A stretch of DNA of 63,975 nt, filler included, from Rhizaria sp. SCN 62-66 (GCA_001724265.1; 4 parts of 4 records of this genome joined end to end with filler, not necessarily neighbours in it); one strand, 5' to 3'; counted from the first letter of the whole stretch, positions 25,310-39,095 are shown. Made by a program: numbers and translations. The notes: a model not told the origin generated them from the sequence alone.

Positions 25310-25851
25310 CGGGCGCGCGCTCGGGGTGGCGGGACGCCAGCGTTGGAGATAAGGTGAAGGCTGAGGGCGAGGAGGTGTCGTATAGAGGGAGGGGTGAGCG
25401 CTTAAGCGGTATAATTTAAAATCAAAAGACTTCAAAACAAATATATAGGTTAAACCATGTTTAATTCACAATATAACGATGATCATGTTGTCGAAATCGA
25501 GGTTTTGAATCTGTGTTTGGGCGCGCAGCGAAGATGCCCAAGACGTGCCTCCGACAAGCCAAGATCTATGGCCGAAGTTACACCCTCTATATCTCACTAC
25601 ATTTTCCGTCGATAGAATTAATTCTACGTTAATCTATATTAAAACTAGCTTATGTCTGTTATATCTTTGTGTTGCATTCGTTAATTGACGAATTGCTAAC
25701 GAAATCCTCATTTTTCCCCGTCGCTCTTGCACACGCTCCTCGCTGTAACGCCCGCCCCCAGCGCCCATCGTTTCATCCTATTGGCGCGCCTGATTCCCGC
25801 TGTTCTTTTTTTGCAAAGACTCCCGCCGTCTTGACTGAGCGAGCCAGCCCC

Positions 25852-28800
25852 ATGTCCGCCGACGGCATTCGCGTGTACTGCCGCATCCGGCCTTTCAACG
25901 CGTCCGAGTCTTCCTCCGATGCGGCCGTCGCGGCCTCGGACGACGGCACGCAGATCAAGCTCATCGGGCTCTCGGACCGCGACAGCCTCGGCGGCGGCGC
26001 CTTCCCGGGCACCCCCGCGCGCGCCCCCAGCCTTGGCGGCGCCAGCGCGCCCGCCACGCCCCTCGCGGCGGGCGCCAAGTCGCGCCAGTCGGCCGCCGGC
26101 ACCCCAGGCTTCGCGTCCCCGCTGCCGGGCGCAGGCGCTGGTGGCAACGCGCAGACGCCGTCGTCGTTCAACTTTGACCGCGTGTGGCCGCCGACGGCGA
26201 CGCAGGCCGAGGTGTTTAACGCGGCCGGCCTGCCCCTGGTCAAGGACCTCATGGAAGGGTACGTGCTTGCATCATAACGTATGGCGTGATAACTCGCTTG
26301 GATTTTTGAACCCACGTTCAATCACTTACTATTAACACTTAAATATTCCATTGGTAATTATCTCTGTTGTATACCAAACAAAAATCTCACGCAATTGTAT
26401 CCTTGATGCCACCTCTTGTTCAGCTTCAACTGCACGATCTTCGCCTACGGTCAGACGGGCTCCGGCAAGACCTTCTCCATGTCCGGCCGCCCCGGCGGCC
26501 CCAGCGAGGGCGACAACGAGGTCCCCTCCCCGACCTCGACACACGGCGTGATCCCGCGCCTCGTGTCGGCGATTTTCGACTATATCTCCGACGCCGACGA
26601 AGAGATCGACTTCACGATCAAGGTGTCGATGATGGAGATCTACCTGGAGAAGGTGCGCGACCTGCTCAACCCAGCGAAGGACAACCTCAAGATCCGCGAA
26701 ACGCCCGCGGGCGTGTGGGTCGAGGACGTTACAGAGCGGTATGTTGCGGGCGAGGAGGACGTCGAGTCGATTCTCGCCGCGGGCAACGCCGCGCGCGCTG
26801 TGGGGGCGACCAACATGAACGAGCAGTCTTCGCGCTCCCACTCCGTCGTCATCATCACCGTCGGGCAGCACGACCGCCGCACGGGCGAGAAGCGCGGCGC
26901 CAAGCTCACGCTTGTCGACCTGGCCGGTTCCGAAAAAATCGTCAAGACGGGCGCCGAGGGCGTTCGCCTGACGGAGGCACAGCACATCAACAAGTCGCTC
27001 TCTGCGCTGGGCAACGTGATCAACGCGTTGACGAGCGGCGCCGCGCACGTGCCGTACCGCGACTCAAAGCTGACTCGGCTGCTGACCGACTCGCTGGGTG
27101 GCAACAGCAAGACGGCGCTTATCGTCACCTGCTCGCCCGCAGCGATCAATGCCGAGGAGACGCTCTCGACGCTGCGCTTTGGCCGCCGCGCCAAACATAT
27201 CAAGAACAAGGCCATCCGCAACCTCCAGCGCTCCGCCGAAGAGTACCGCCGCCTCCTCGCCGAGGCGCTTAGGCGGCTTGACTTCCAGACGCGGCTTATC
27301 GCGCGCCTCCGCGCGGCGCTATCGGCGCGCACCACGGGCGCGGCCACGGGGCCCGCGACCGCGGCCGAGGCTGCGCTGCTGGGGTCCGCCTCGGACCCGC
27401 CTGCCATGGGGGCCGCCCTGGCCCGCGCGCTCGCGGAGGAGCTGGAGGCTCTGTCGGCTTCGGGCGCGCTCGCCGCCGCCGGCACTGCTGCTGGTGCTGC
27501 CGGCGCTGCGGGCGACAACATCAAAGCTGCCGACCTCGACGACGAGGAGGATGACGACGAGGACGAGGACGACGGCGCGAGCAGCAACAACAAGCACAAC
27601 CGGCTTCCCCTGTCCGGCGTCGCCACCGTGGCCGAGGGTGCCGACGAGGACGGCGGCGGCGCGGCCGAGGACCAGGAGCCGCTGGGCGCGGCGCTGGCCC
27701 GTGTTTTGTCGCTGCAGGACCTGCCCGCCGCCTGGCACGGGCTCGCCGACTGGCGCGAGCGCGCCGAGGCCAGCGAGGCCGCGCGCGCCGCGCTCGCAGA
27801 GCAGCTGTCTGCCGCCGCCAACCCTGGCGCCAGCAGCGGGGCGAACGATGAAGTTGTCGCCGCGCTGCGCGCCGAGCTCGCCGCCGCGACGGCCGCCGCC
27901 GCCGAGGCTGCCGCGGCCGCGGCCGCGCAGGAGGCGTCGCTGCGCGCGCGGCTGGACGGCGCGACGGGCGCGATCAAGGAGCGTGAGCGCGCGCTGCAGG
28001 CCGCCGTGGAGGCCGCCGAGGAGAAGCTCGCGCGCTCGCAGGACGCGCTGGCCGAGGCGCAGAACGAGGTCATCACGCTGCGCCGCGCCGTCGAGCGCAC
28101 GCAGGAGCAGGTTCTGGCGCAGGAGCGCGCCGCGCGCGCCGCCGGCAAGGCGGCCGACGAGGCCGAGGCCGCCTTGGCGACAGAGCGCGGCGCCGCCAGG
28201 GACGCCGCGGCGCGCGCTGACGCCGCCGCCGCCGAGGCCGCGCGCGCCGCGGTGATGCTCACGGCGGCGCAGAGCCGCGCGGAGCAGGCCGAGGCCGCGG
28301 CGGGCGCGGCGGGCAAGCGCGCCGCCGAGCTGCAGTCCGCGATAGCGGCCAAGGAGAGCTCGTTTGCCGCCGCGCAGCAACAGAAGGGCGACGAGGCCGG
28401 CAAGGCCGTTGCCGCCGCCACCGCCGCGGCCGCCGCGGCCGCCGAGGGCGAGCGCCGCGCGCGCGCGGCCGCGGAGGAGGCCACTGTGGCGCTCGCCGCG
28501 GCACGCGCGCAGGTCGCGAGCCTTGAGGGCGCGCGGTCGGGCGCCGACGACGAGGCCGTGCTGCTGCGGGAGCAGGCCGCGCACCTCAAGGCCGTGGCCA
28601 AGACGCTGCGCGAGGAAACGCAGGCCGCCGCGCAGCGCGCCGCCGCCGCTGAGGAGGCCGCCGCCGAGGCGCAGCGTCGCGCTGGGGCCGCTGAGGACCG
28701 TGCCGCCGCCGCCGAGACCGAGGCCGCCGCGCACGCCGCCGCCGCGCGCGCCGCGGCCACCTCGGGGGAGCAGGGCGCCGCCGCTGCCGCGGGCCGCGCG

Positions 28801-29543
28801 GCCGAGGCGGAGACGCGCGCACTGCAGGCCGAGGCGCGCGGGCAGGAGCTCGCCGCCGCGCTGGCCGCTGCGCGCGCGGAGGCCGCCTCCGAGGCCGCCG
28901 CGGCCGCCGCGCGCGCNNNNNNNNNNNNNNNNNNNNNNNNNNNNNNNNNNNNNNNNNNNNNNNNNNNNNNNCGGAGCTGGAGACCGCGACGCAGACGGCC
29001 GAGAAGGCTCTGCGCGCGGAGCGGCTGCTGCGCGCGACGGCGACCGATGAGGCCGCGGCGCAGACGGCCGACGTGCGCGCGGCCGCCGCCACCGCTGAGG
29101 CCGCGCTGAGCGAGACGCAGGCCGAGCTCGCCCGCGCGCGCGCCGCCGCTGTGGCCGCCGAGAAGGAGTCGGCCGAGTCCGCCGCCGCCGCCGAGGCCGC
29201 CTCGCGCCGCGCCGCCGCTGCCGACGAGGACGCCCAGCGCGCGCGTGCCGCCGCCGCCGCCGCGAGCACCGCGCAGAGAGCCGCCGAGGACGCCGCTGCG
29301 GGCGCTGAGTTGCGCGCTGCCGCCGCCGAGGCTGCGAGCGCGCGCGCCGAGGCCGTCGCCGCGGCCGCGGGCAAGGCTGCTGACGACAGCGCCGCGCGCG
29401 CCGCCGCTGCCGAGGCCGCCCGTGCCGCCGCCGAGGCGCGCGCTGCAGGCGCGACCGAGGACGCCGGCTCCGCTGCGGCGGAGGCTAAGACGCGCGTCGC
29501 CGCCGCTGAGGGCAAGGCCGCCGCCGCCGAGGCCGCTGCGGAG
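25852..29543 (+). CDS. N-terminal-motor kinesin (kinesin-1/KHC-like) with long Ala/Glu coiled-coil tail; 3'-truncated at gap
   Basis: IRVYCRIRP, AYGQTGSGKT P-loop, NEQSSRSH, LVDLAGSE, HVPYRDSKLTRLL; intron 26259-26423 (GTACG..CAG); internal N gap at 28917-28971. Confidence 0.93.
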
Positions 29544-29643
29544 NNNNNNNNNNNNNNNNNNNNNNNNNNNNNNNNNNNNNNNNNNNNTTAATTAATTAAN
29601 NNNNNNNNNNNNNNNNNNNNNNNNNNNNNNNNNNNNNNNNNNN
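29544..29643. other. Artificial contig spacer
   Basis: Ns with TTAATTAATTAA core. Confidence 0.97.
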
Positions 29644-29686
<43 letters not shown>

Positions 29687-29690
29687 GTGT
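29644..29690. repeat. (TG)n microsatellite
   Basis: About 23 TG units (one CG interruption) at the contig start, just 3' of the Serinc gene. Confidence 0.95.
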
Positions 29691-29700
29691 ACAAGCGCAC

Positions 29701-31296
29701 TCAGTCGAACTCGCGGTCCTTAAGCATCACGGGCGCGACAAAGGTCCAGATGTAGACGAGCACGACGGCCCACTGCGAGGCGATCTTGGCCCAGAGCGTG
29801 GCGCGGCCGGCGTCCTCCAGGTCCGTCACGCTGTCGATCGAGTCGAAGCCCCACGACGTGAGCGTGGTCGCGATGCTGAAGCAACCCAGCGCGAGGACCA
29901 GATGCGCCAGCGCCATCGAGCGCGCCTTGCCAGAGGCCGAGGCGCCGTCGAGGTCGTCGTCCTCGTTGTCACTGTCGTCCGCGTCGTCGTGGGCGCTGTC
30001 GGAGCTCGCACTGGCGCGGGGCACGCGTTGGCGGCCGGTGCCGCTGCCGTTGCTGGCGCCGTGGCTGGTGGTCGCCCCGTACTCGCCGTCCTCGTTGGCG
30101 GCGCCGCCGTCCGAGACTGCGGCGGGCTTGGGGGCCGTGTACGTAGCCGCCGCACCCTTAGACGACGACGAAGAAGAAGAAGAAGCATCCGCAGAGTCCT
30201 TGGAGGCGTACGCGGCGGAGTCAGAGACGCCGGCGGACGACGGGTTAAGGATGGCCTCGTTAAGGGAGCCTGCATCGTTGCGGCGACTGCTGGAGGGGAT
30301 GTTGGCCTCAATGTCGCCGCTGCGCTGGCCGAGGGAAGAGCGGCGCGAGCTGGACAGTGCGGCGTGCGAGCGCTTGACCTCGGAGGACGTGCTGTAGGCG
30401 GCATAGGTGACAGTGAAGATAGAGAGGAGCATGCCGAGCACAACCTGGAAGGGGGAGAAGGCGTTCTGCTTGTACCCGAACGCGTTGCAGGGGTCGGAGC
30501 CGGTGGTCATGATGGTCGTCAGGTCGAAGTCGCCCATCATGGCCGAGAAGACAATGTAGAAGCAGTAGGTGCCCAAGACGGCGGCCGGGAGCAGCCCGTT
30601 GCGTGACAGCGGCGACAGAGACAACGCGGTGAATGCCACGACGGCGATGATGGTAACCGTGAGCAGCCCGGTGTGCAGCGAGCAGGAGACGGCGCGCGAG
30701 GTGAACCACTTGAACGCGAGCACGCAGAGAGTGATGGAGGCGGCGATGAAGAGGGTGGAGACGGCGAGGATGCCCTTGAGCCAGCCGCGCTCGAGCCAGG
30801 TTTCGTGGACGTTGTGCACCGAGTGGATCAGCGCGGCGACCTGGAACAAGATAAACGCAGCGCCGCAGATATAAAGCAGAGTCGTGTAGAAGCCGCTGTT
30901 GTAGAAGGTGTGGGGCAGGAACCAGGCGGCGACGAGCATGCCGATGAAGAAGACGGCCTTAATGGGCCAGTACTGCTTGTCGAAGCGCGTCGGGTTCTTG
31001 ACCACCATGGCGGCGAGGCCCAGGAGCAGGAAGAACAAAGCGGTGCCGAACGTGAGGCGGAAAACGGCTGCGGAGCCGACGCAACGCGAGGTGTCGCAGA
31101 CGTCGAACTTGTAGACGTAGATGTTGACGGTGAGGCCAGACCAGTATCGCGCGACCAGGGTAAGCAGTGACATGATGAAGAAAATTGCCATGTACATCAT
31201 TGTGCCCGACTTGGCGCACAGGAAGGCCTTAGCGCCGGAGCAAGCGCAACTGGCGGCGATACCGCCTAGGCATGAGCTGACGCAACCGCCGATCAT
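29701..31296 (-). CDS. SERINC: Serine incorporator (Serinc/TMS1) family membrane protein
   Basis: Cys-rich N-terminus (GCVSSC..SCAC), C.G..AVFR, GLLPAAV...YC.Y, and C-terminal WAKIASQW....YIWTFVAP....DREF followed by TGA. Confidence 0.92.
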   Translation of the reverse strand: MIGGCVSSCLGGIAASCACSGAKAFLCAKSGTMMYMAIFFIMSLLTLVARYWSGLTVNIYVYKFDVCDTSRCVGSAAVFRLTFGTALFFLLLGLAAMVVKNPTRFDKQYWPIKAVFFIGMLVAAWFLPHTFYNSGFYTTLLYICGAAFILFQVAALIHSVHNVHETWLERGWLKGILAVSTLFIAASITLCVLAFKWFTSRAVSCSLHTGLLTVTIIAVVAFTALSLSPLSRNGLLPAAVLGTYCFYIVFSAMMGDFDLTTIMTTGSDPCNAFGYKQNAFSPFQVVLGMLLSIFTVTYAAYSTSSEVKRSHAALSSSRRSSLGQRSGDIEANIPSSSRRNDAGSLNEAILNPSSAGVSDSAAYASKDSADASSSSSSSSKGAAATYTAPKPAAVSDGGAANEDGEYGATTSHGASNGSGTGRQRVPRASASSDSAHDDADDSDNEDDDLDGASASGKARSMALAHLVLALGCFSIATTLTSWGFDSIDSVTDLEDAGRATLWAKIASQWAVVLVYIWTFVAPVMLKDREFD

Positions 31297-32188
31297 GCGC
31301 TGAGGGAAGAATGAAAGTGTGTGAAAGAGGGAGAGAGAAGAGGGCGAGGCGAGTGGCGGATTTGGAGAAATATGAGATACAAAGTGCATATCAAAAAATA
31401 ATATCAAGTATTCAAATGTACATTACTATTTAAGATGTAACAGTTGATTAGCAGCTCAGTTGACAAAGATTGTGGCTGGATCAAGTAGTTTGAAATCGAG
31501 CCCAAAGCTTCGCCACAAACGCGCTCGGGCCAACCACGTCGTCGCAAAAGAATCGTGAGAGGTCGCCTACTCCCGGAAAACACGCAACTTTAATGGCTAT
31601 ATCGTGCAGCTGCGCGACAAACCAACTTAAAGGGTGATTTATGTACTTGAAGGTATACCGTGAAAATAGTATTATTGGCCTCCGTGACTAGGTTGTGTGT
31701 ATTCTATACACCTGAAGTTTGTCTGCTCGGAGTGAGCAGCTGTGAGCAAATCAGGGTGGAGAATCATCAAATGACTGCTGCATTTAGTGAAATTTGGCGA
31801 GCAAATGTTTCACATTACTGTCCTGTGGATGGCATAGTTGTACTAACATGTGACAATGTTAGCTTGGTGTAGACGACAAAGATTCGTACGATAGCTCCTT
31901 TATGAATCACATGAATAGATTGCATATATCAACATCTCAGCACCCGGGTCAACAATATATTTTAAAATGTGTGTGTTCACCTAAATGTATACTTGTTTTT
32001 AGCGCATTTTCCTTGATATAACGCGCGTATACACCCTTTTCAATGCTCACCACAAGCGAAATGTGGGGCATGTGACACCACAGTCTGCGAGGCAGAGAGA
32101 GACGTCCGAAGCTGCCTCTAAAAGGATCTCGTGTAACACGCAAGTCCGTCAGTATAAAAAACAAAGCGCATACCTGGTGTTGAAAATT

Positions 32189-35100
32189 ATGCGGGTGAAC
32201 GTGTTTCTTTTTACGCTGTTCAGCGTGGCCATCTTGGCGCTTTTCTCGCACCATGCGCGTGCCGATTTAAGCACCGACGCCATCCAAGGTCCGTCACACA
32301 TACGCGCCTCTGTCACAGCCAGAATGCATTCCTAAGCCATGAAACCCACTTCTCATATGTATCAAATACGTGTATATTCTGCCCATGTGTCACCACTCTA
32401 TAGCGATTCGTGATAAGCCTGAGGCCGAGCTCTTAGATGACGACTGGTTCATCGACACCTTCGTACGTCCCTTGCAACGAAACAAGATATAACTCATCAA
32501 AATCAACGTTTAAAGATATAATGGTGTACTAACATATGCTGTATTAGCATTCGCGCTGTATATGTTTTTCATGATTTATTCACTGCTTATTTTGCGTTTG
32601 TAGTACGATGTTCTGCACGTCTACCTCCCCGAGACTGCCCTTTTCGAAGTGCCAGCCCGATACCTCTCTGCCTCCAGCACTGCTACAGCAGCTGCAGCGA
32701 CCGCCGGCGTAGTGTCATCGCTTACTCTGACGCACTACACACCGCTGCACGTTGCGCTTGTCTTGCGCAAACATCAACTCGCCTCCGCGATCCTTACGAG
32801 TAAGTAACACAGCCACATACAACGCACTAAATCATGGATATCTTAGCCGTATCAACATCAGATGTTAATTCATTTCAGTACTCAATACTTCATGTAGATT
32901 TATTTATGTCTGGTGATTTTCTTCAAATCAATCGTGATTTACCCATTATATCTTATGTTTTTTGTCTATCATACGCACATGTGTAGCGTGCACGCAAGAC
33001 CAGGACCACCCCGCGTACGCCCAATCGCTCCTCCTGGATCACAAAACGGACCCTGCGACGGGCCGCTGGCTTAGCGCCGGGGCCGAGCCGCTGCCCGTGG
33101 AGCTGGCTGCCCCCACGGCGGCCGAGTGGCAGGCCCGCAACTTCGTGGAGAGGCAGTTCGTCTCGATCGCTGGAAGGTACCTTCGCTTAACTTAAACAAA
33201 ACCAGAGATATATCATGATATCACTGTCATTCATCATGAATTCACTGCATATTGTTAAACTATGTTTGTATTTTGTTTCTGTTATGTTTCGTTGCGATAT
33301 CATTTCACTAACTCCGTTTTATCTGCATTTGTGTCGTTGCACTTTTGTTGTTTAGGTACAACCTGCCTATGCTGTCGCTGCTGACCCTGCCCGTCCTCAC
33401 CGGCGACCTGCGTGGCCTCACCCTGGTCCACTCGCATGGTCACCGCGCGGGCCTCACCGACGCCAAGACGGCCCAGATCGACGCTCTGCTGACCGCGATC
33501 GAGCTCGGCAATGTCGCAATGACGCGGGCATTGCTTGCCCCGCCGCTGTCCGCACCGCTGCTCCCGGCTGAGCGCGGACACGTCACGTCGGGGCAGCAGC
33601 CCATCCACCTTGCCGCCGTGGTTGGCAGCGTACCCATCGTGCGCATGCTGGTGAAAGAGTTTAAGGCGGATGTGAATGCGCAGGCCAACGGCGACGGCGA
33701 CACGGCGCTGCACGTGGCCGCACACGTACGTCAAAATAAAATCACGTAAAAATGATGAAATAGCTGCAAATCTTTCATAATACTGCGTTAGATTTGCAAT
33801 ATAGTTTTATTTCTTTATTTGTTTGTATTCTCTATCAATTTGAGACATTGACAAGTTAACCATCGTGTCAATGATTGAAGTACCTCAGAACACAATCAGC
33901 TCACGAACGGAACATGTGCTGTCTTGGGTGCAACATTGTTTTGTCAATATCGAATGTATAGTATGGGCACTTGCGGTTGACGCAGTGTCTCGTTGACGAG
34001 CTCAACGCGCTCTTGGACATCGAGCACGGCCAGGTACGGAAAAGCATCTTAGTCCTAGTCACAATACGATTGACAAATCTCGTAAAGTTTCATGAATAAT
34101 GAAAATCGACTCTTGTATGGTGTATTCTTCTTGTTTATATCAATCTCCTTTGGTTTGGGCCAATTCGATCTCATCCATGTCTATCTCTCATCGATGTCAA
34201 ACTTGTGCTTGTCTTCGCTTGTCTGTGCTTGTTTTGTGTATTTTGCGCACGTCTTTATAGGACCACCATACGGCCTACACACTGGCGCTGCACTGGGACC
34301 GCGAAGACGTCACCGACTACTTAGAATCTAAGTACGCCGAGCGCGGTCTCCCTCTGCCACCGCTACCCGAGTACGTGATCGCCGCAGTTAGACAACCGCT
34401 GCATACACACCACGCCTGGTGTCACTCTCACAAATCATATGTCTCGGTAACGACTTAAAACTGCTATAATGTAGGATCATGCACCATATTTTATTATTCA
34501 TTGTTTTCTTTGATAATTATCTCACCCAACTTTGTTTATGTTTATATATCCCCAATATCTTATCTCACATTTATTCAGCGACTCGCACGTGGCCCGCGAC
34601 CACAAGAACCCTGCGCAGACGAGCATGACGCTCCGCAACCGCCGGCGCGCGCGCAACGCCGCCGCCGCCGCGGGCGCCCCCGAGCCCTCGTCACAAGTCA
34701 TTCCTGGCGCGAACACTGGTGGCACTGGTGACGCTAACGATGACACTGACGACAACGACGCGAATACGAACAACAACAAGAATAAGAAGAAGAGTAAGAG
34801 TAAGAGTAACCGGATCAAGACCGACGGCAGTCAGCAGTCGCCCGCGCCGCGCCACAAGGGCGCGCCCATCCTTGAGCTGCCGCCTCTGGCCATCGACCGC
34901 GCGGCTGAGCGGCTTAACTTAGTGCACCGCGCAGAGGCGATGCACTTACGCCGCGCGCACACGGCCAAGTGGGAGCGCGCGGTGAATGAGGCGAACGCGA
35001 GGCGGCTTGACTTAGAGAAGGAGGGCCACTCGCAGGCGCAGATCGACCGGGAAGTGGTGATGCCAGCCCCCAACGACGTGGTGTTGAGCGAGGAGGAGAA

Positions 35101-35497
35101 GGAGGCCGTGCTGACTTCGCAGCCCTTAGTCGATCTAAGGGCCCGCGTGCAGCTGATGACGGACCGCGACACGGTCATCGTAGATCAGGGTCTAAGTACC
35201 CCCCTAGACTCCGCCGCCGCCGGTTCGCAGCACGGTGGCGTGGTGAGCGCGGAGGAGTTCCTCCAGCTCAGTCTGTGCGCCAACGAGAAGGGCTCGAAAT
35301 GTTCGGCGGCGCGCGCGCAGGCCGCGGTTATGGCCGGGGCGCGGCGCGCTGAGGCTGCGACAATGCAGCGCGAAATTGACGCCGCGGCCACTGCTGCTGC
35401 TGCTGCTGCTGCTACTGCGGAGACCAAGACAGTCAAGGTTGCAGTTGGTGCGGAGAGCAGCAGTGACAGCGAGGGTGTTGACAAGGACGAGCTGTGA
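32189..35497 (+). CDS. Ankyrin-repeat protein with signal peptide and C-terminal KDEL, ~671 aa, 8 exons (32189-32288, 32404-32462, 32604-32799, 32987-33176, 33356-33725, 33962-34033, 34261-34370, 34579-35497)
   Basis: Seven GT-AG introns give one continuous frame; ankyrin motifs TPLHVA, QPIHLAA, DTALHVAA, HTAYTLA; hydrophobic N-terminus ending ARA-D; ends KDEL-TGA. Confidence 0.85.
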
Positions 35498-37040
35498 GAG
35501 CTAAAGTTGCCGATATGTTTTCCAATTATTGCCATAATTTGGGTTTTAGTCTGTGTATGCAATGTTATATAGCGTATTAATCTTAGTAACTCAATTGATG
35601 CCATTGTATGGCGTATTAGAGTGTTTTGTGAATGCAAGCGTGCAAGTGTACTGTACAGTGTTTTAGAGGTGACCGCTTCGCTTGTTTGCCGATGTTGATA
35701 CAATATCAAGTTCTTGAACACGACACATACCCTAACTTTGTTGAATGTACTGAGATATTGTGTGCGTTCTCTTTCATTAACTAGCAGTATCCTTCTTAGA
35801 TACTGCCTGTTACGCGTTGGTGTAGCCATTACTACCAGTCTCACGAATGTATGTATCTCTTTGAATGTGCTGACAGAACAAGTTGGATGGAACTACGCTA
35901 TATATAAACCATAATAGTTAATAAATACGTTGTCTTGTTGTGCAATAATACAAATGTTTACTGTTGTATGGAGTCAATTGTAACGCTAACATGCGTAATA
36001 CTCTGAAAATGTCGTTCAGGGTTAGAGGCGTATACAGGCAGAAAAGCCGACCATACAAGTAGCAGCATGTGTAATCTGCGTTTATGAATCACATAGTTTA
36101 GCCTTAAACCTTGTGGTCTTGTTTTAGTCAAGATATGTTGTGAAGTGTGTCGATTTTGCACCTCTTGGTAACGGCACGCGCCAACTAAAACACGCAGCTA
36201 GCACATCATAGACAGCACTTTGAAAGAAATATAGTCAATCATGTAGTCCGAGTAAAAGCTTAATTTAGCATATCAGAATTTCACGGCATATAAAAGTGGT
36301 TTTGCTTGAATAAAGCTGGGAATTATGGTAAGAATTGGGGTCCTTGTCGGTGGTCTGATGCAAAGTGACCGTGAGCAGTCGACCAAATCTACATCATAGT
36401 TGTCAACACAAAGAACAATGCAGGGATCTAATAACGCGAAATATTAGATGCGCCATCAGTCTACCTTCATGTTTCATAGCACTCTCTGAAAGTGTGACTA
36501 CAGGTCAGACTTAAACGACCGTTGGTCGGCTCCCAGGGCTAAGGGGGTCCGACTGACTGACCGAGCTCTCGCCCACAGCCCCTTAAGCGGCAGTCAAACT
36601 GAGGGTTTGTTTGCGCGCCAGAGATATCACGTGGGACTGCTTATTTTCAAAAGATAACGATTTGGCTTTGCAAAGTGCTTCTGTACTGCTTTTTGCGCGT
36701 GTGTCTTCCTTGTGGCACCAGGGAACGTGCATGCACGCGGTGCTGGACGCTCGAGAGGATCTGAGACGGTCAACGGCACCCAGCCCGGGGTCCCGAGGCC
36801 TACCCTACCGTTGCACGCGGTCACAATAACCCATCTTGACGTGCCCGTATTGCATTATGTTATGTTCTACTACAGGCACTTTAGATCAAACGTATCACAC
36901 CTTTCTTTGCCCCTAAACAAGCCCTACTTTCCCTCTCACCACTCTTCTCTCATCATCATCCTCACCGTCCGCCCGTTTGTCTCTCTGCCTCTCTCTTTCT
37001 CTCGTCCCGTCCTGCCTCGCCGTACTTGCAGTTAGTTGAC

Positions 37041-38210
37041 ATGTCCAACAGTCTGCTGAACATTGACGACGCCCTCCCGGCCGACCCCAAGGAGCGCATG
37101 GCCCAGCTTTCTGGCCTTGCTCGTCTCGCTGAGGCCTCCGAGCGCTTCGAGGACATGTGCAAGTTCATGAAGGTACGCTTCCTATCCACCATATTTTCAC
37201 CCGCTTCCCAACGCGTGACCGAACTGCCACTGAATGCTACCACAGATCTCTTGGTTTAGTAACTATTTATTCACTCTTTAGCTCAAACTAGCTCATCCGC
37301 TCTCTACTATTTCGCCTTGTTTTCACAGCTTCTCGTCGAGACTCTCGGCCGGAACGCCAACCATGAGGGCCTCCCCGTTGAGGAGCGCAACCTCCTTTCC
37401 GTTGCCTACAAGCACGTCATCGGCACCCGCCGCGCCACCTGGCGCACCCTCAACGCCGACGAGGGCCGTGATGCCCCCCTGATCGCTGAGTACCGCCGCC
37501 AGGTCGAGGGCGAGCTTCAGGTACGTATCCGCCAGAAGTAGCCTAGCGTTCAGCAACTTTGACACAAATACCACTCCCTATTTGAGCTGACTCTTACTTT
37601 TTCTAAGTTAGCTTTAGTTCAACTACCAATCCGTCTTGGTTTTACTTCTATACTGCATCATCTCACTCCGCTGTAATCCTTGCCAATTCCCGCCTCTTTC
37701 TTCGCCTTTGCACCCGTGTAGGTCATCTGCCTCGAGGTCATCTCCCTGATCGAGAACGTCCTCCTCACCGGCCAGTCCTCTGACGAGGCGCGCGTCTTCT
37801 ACCTCAAGATGGCGGGCGACTACTACCGCTACCTGGCCGAGTTCCTGGACCGCGCCGCGGGCTTCCACGACAAGGCCAAGGAGCGCTACCAGCATGCGCT
37901 GGACATCGCCACTGGCGACAAGCCCGGCTCGCAGGCGTTGCCCTCGACGCACCCCATCCGCCTCGGTCTCGCGCTCAACTACTCGGTGTGCTACTACGAG
38001 ATCCTTGGCGAGAAGGCGCAGGCGTGCAAGCTCGCCAAGAAGGCCTTCGAGGACGCCATCAAGAAGCTCGACGAGCTCGACGAGCACTCGTACAAGGACT
38101 CGACTCTCATCATGCAGCTGCTGCGCGACAACCTCACTCTCTGGACCTCTGACTCGAACTGGAGCGAGGATGGCCAGGAGGTCAACGTCCAGAACGTCGA
38201 CGCCGAGTAA
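37041..38210 (+). CDS. 14-3-3 protein (exons 37041-37172, 37329-37520, 37722-38210)
   Basis: [61 protein letters not shown] stop. Confidence 0.97.
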
Positions 38211-39095
38211 GCAAGCAATCCGGCAAACTTGACTGCTGTCTCTGCTGCAGTCGAATCAGGCGTCATCATCGTCGTCACAAGCATAGATGGGCTCAAGCGA
38301 GGCGAGGTTAAGCCGGCGCTAATGCGGGCTCTGCCTTTTTTTGTTTTTGCGTTGGCACTTGTACGTACACACCGCAACGAATACTTGAATGTTATTAGTT
38401 TGTATTGTAGTTTAGAGTGAGTCGTGTTGTATCAAGACAAGCTGCCTCACAGCTCTCTCGTGTCGTTACTGCACGCACTGTAGCACGGCTGCTTGTCTAT
38501 CTGTACTAACACTGAAACTGCCGCGTCGTTCCTGCTGGCGCCCGTGCTGGCTGTTGATGCCAGACGCAGACACAACAGCCGCAACGCTCATGACGGCAGT
38601 TGGAGGATGAAAAGGAGGAGGCAAAAAAAGATTTATAACAAACAAAAATCGGACACAAATCCCCCCCAAAAAAATCAAAATCGCGAAGGGCTGTCGCTGC
38701 TGCTTCACGCAGTCGCGGGAGGCAACTCGCAAGCACTGTGTTGTTGTGTTTATTGTTCCTGCATTGATAGCTACTTCGAGCTGTGGAAAAACACTGTTGT
38801 TAGAGACTGTGTCGTCTCATATAGCTTGGATATCATCGACAAAACACGAAGTAATGAATACACGCACGCACACCATTGTATATAACTCACATCAATAGAA
38901 CCATTGCGATCCGAAGCTTGATGAACGTGAATGAAATTAGGAAACGAAATAAAGGTTGTACTGTATGATTGATTGGCGAACCTATCGTGTTCGCTCTGAG
39001 AGCTAAATAGATCGGTGTTGTTAAATATTACTGACTTGAGATTACGTTTTCGGATCGGTAGTTGTTGCGAATGTTAATCTGCGAAGTGACTCACC

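Noticed and set aside
28917-28971. Apparent frameshift in the kinesin tail
   Set aside because: It coincides with an N gap of estimated length; the Ala/Glu coiled-coil frame resumes after it.
36515-36830. GC-richer island with short palindromes upstream of 14-3-3
   Set aside because: No convincing ORF, RNA fold or repeat partner could be supported by eye.
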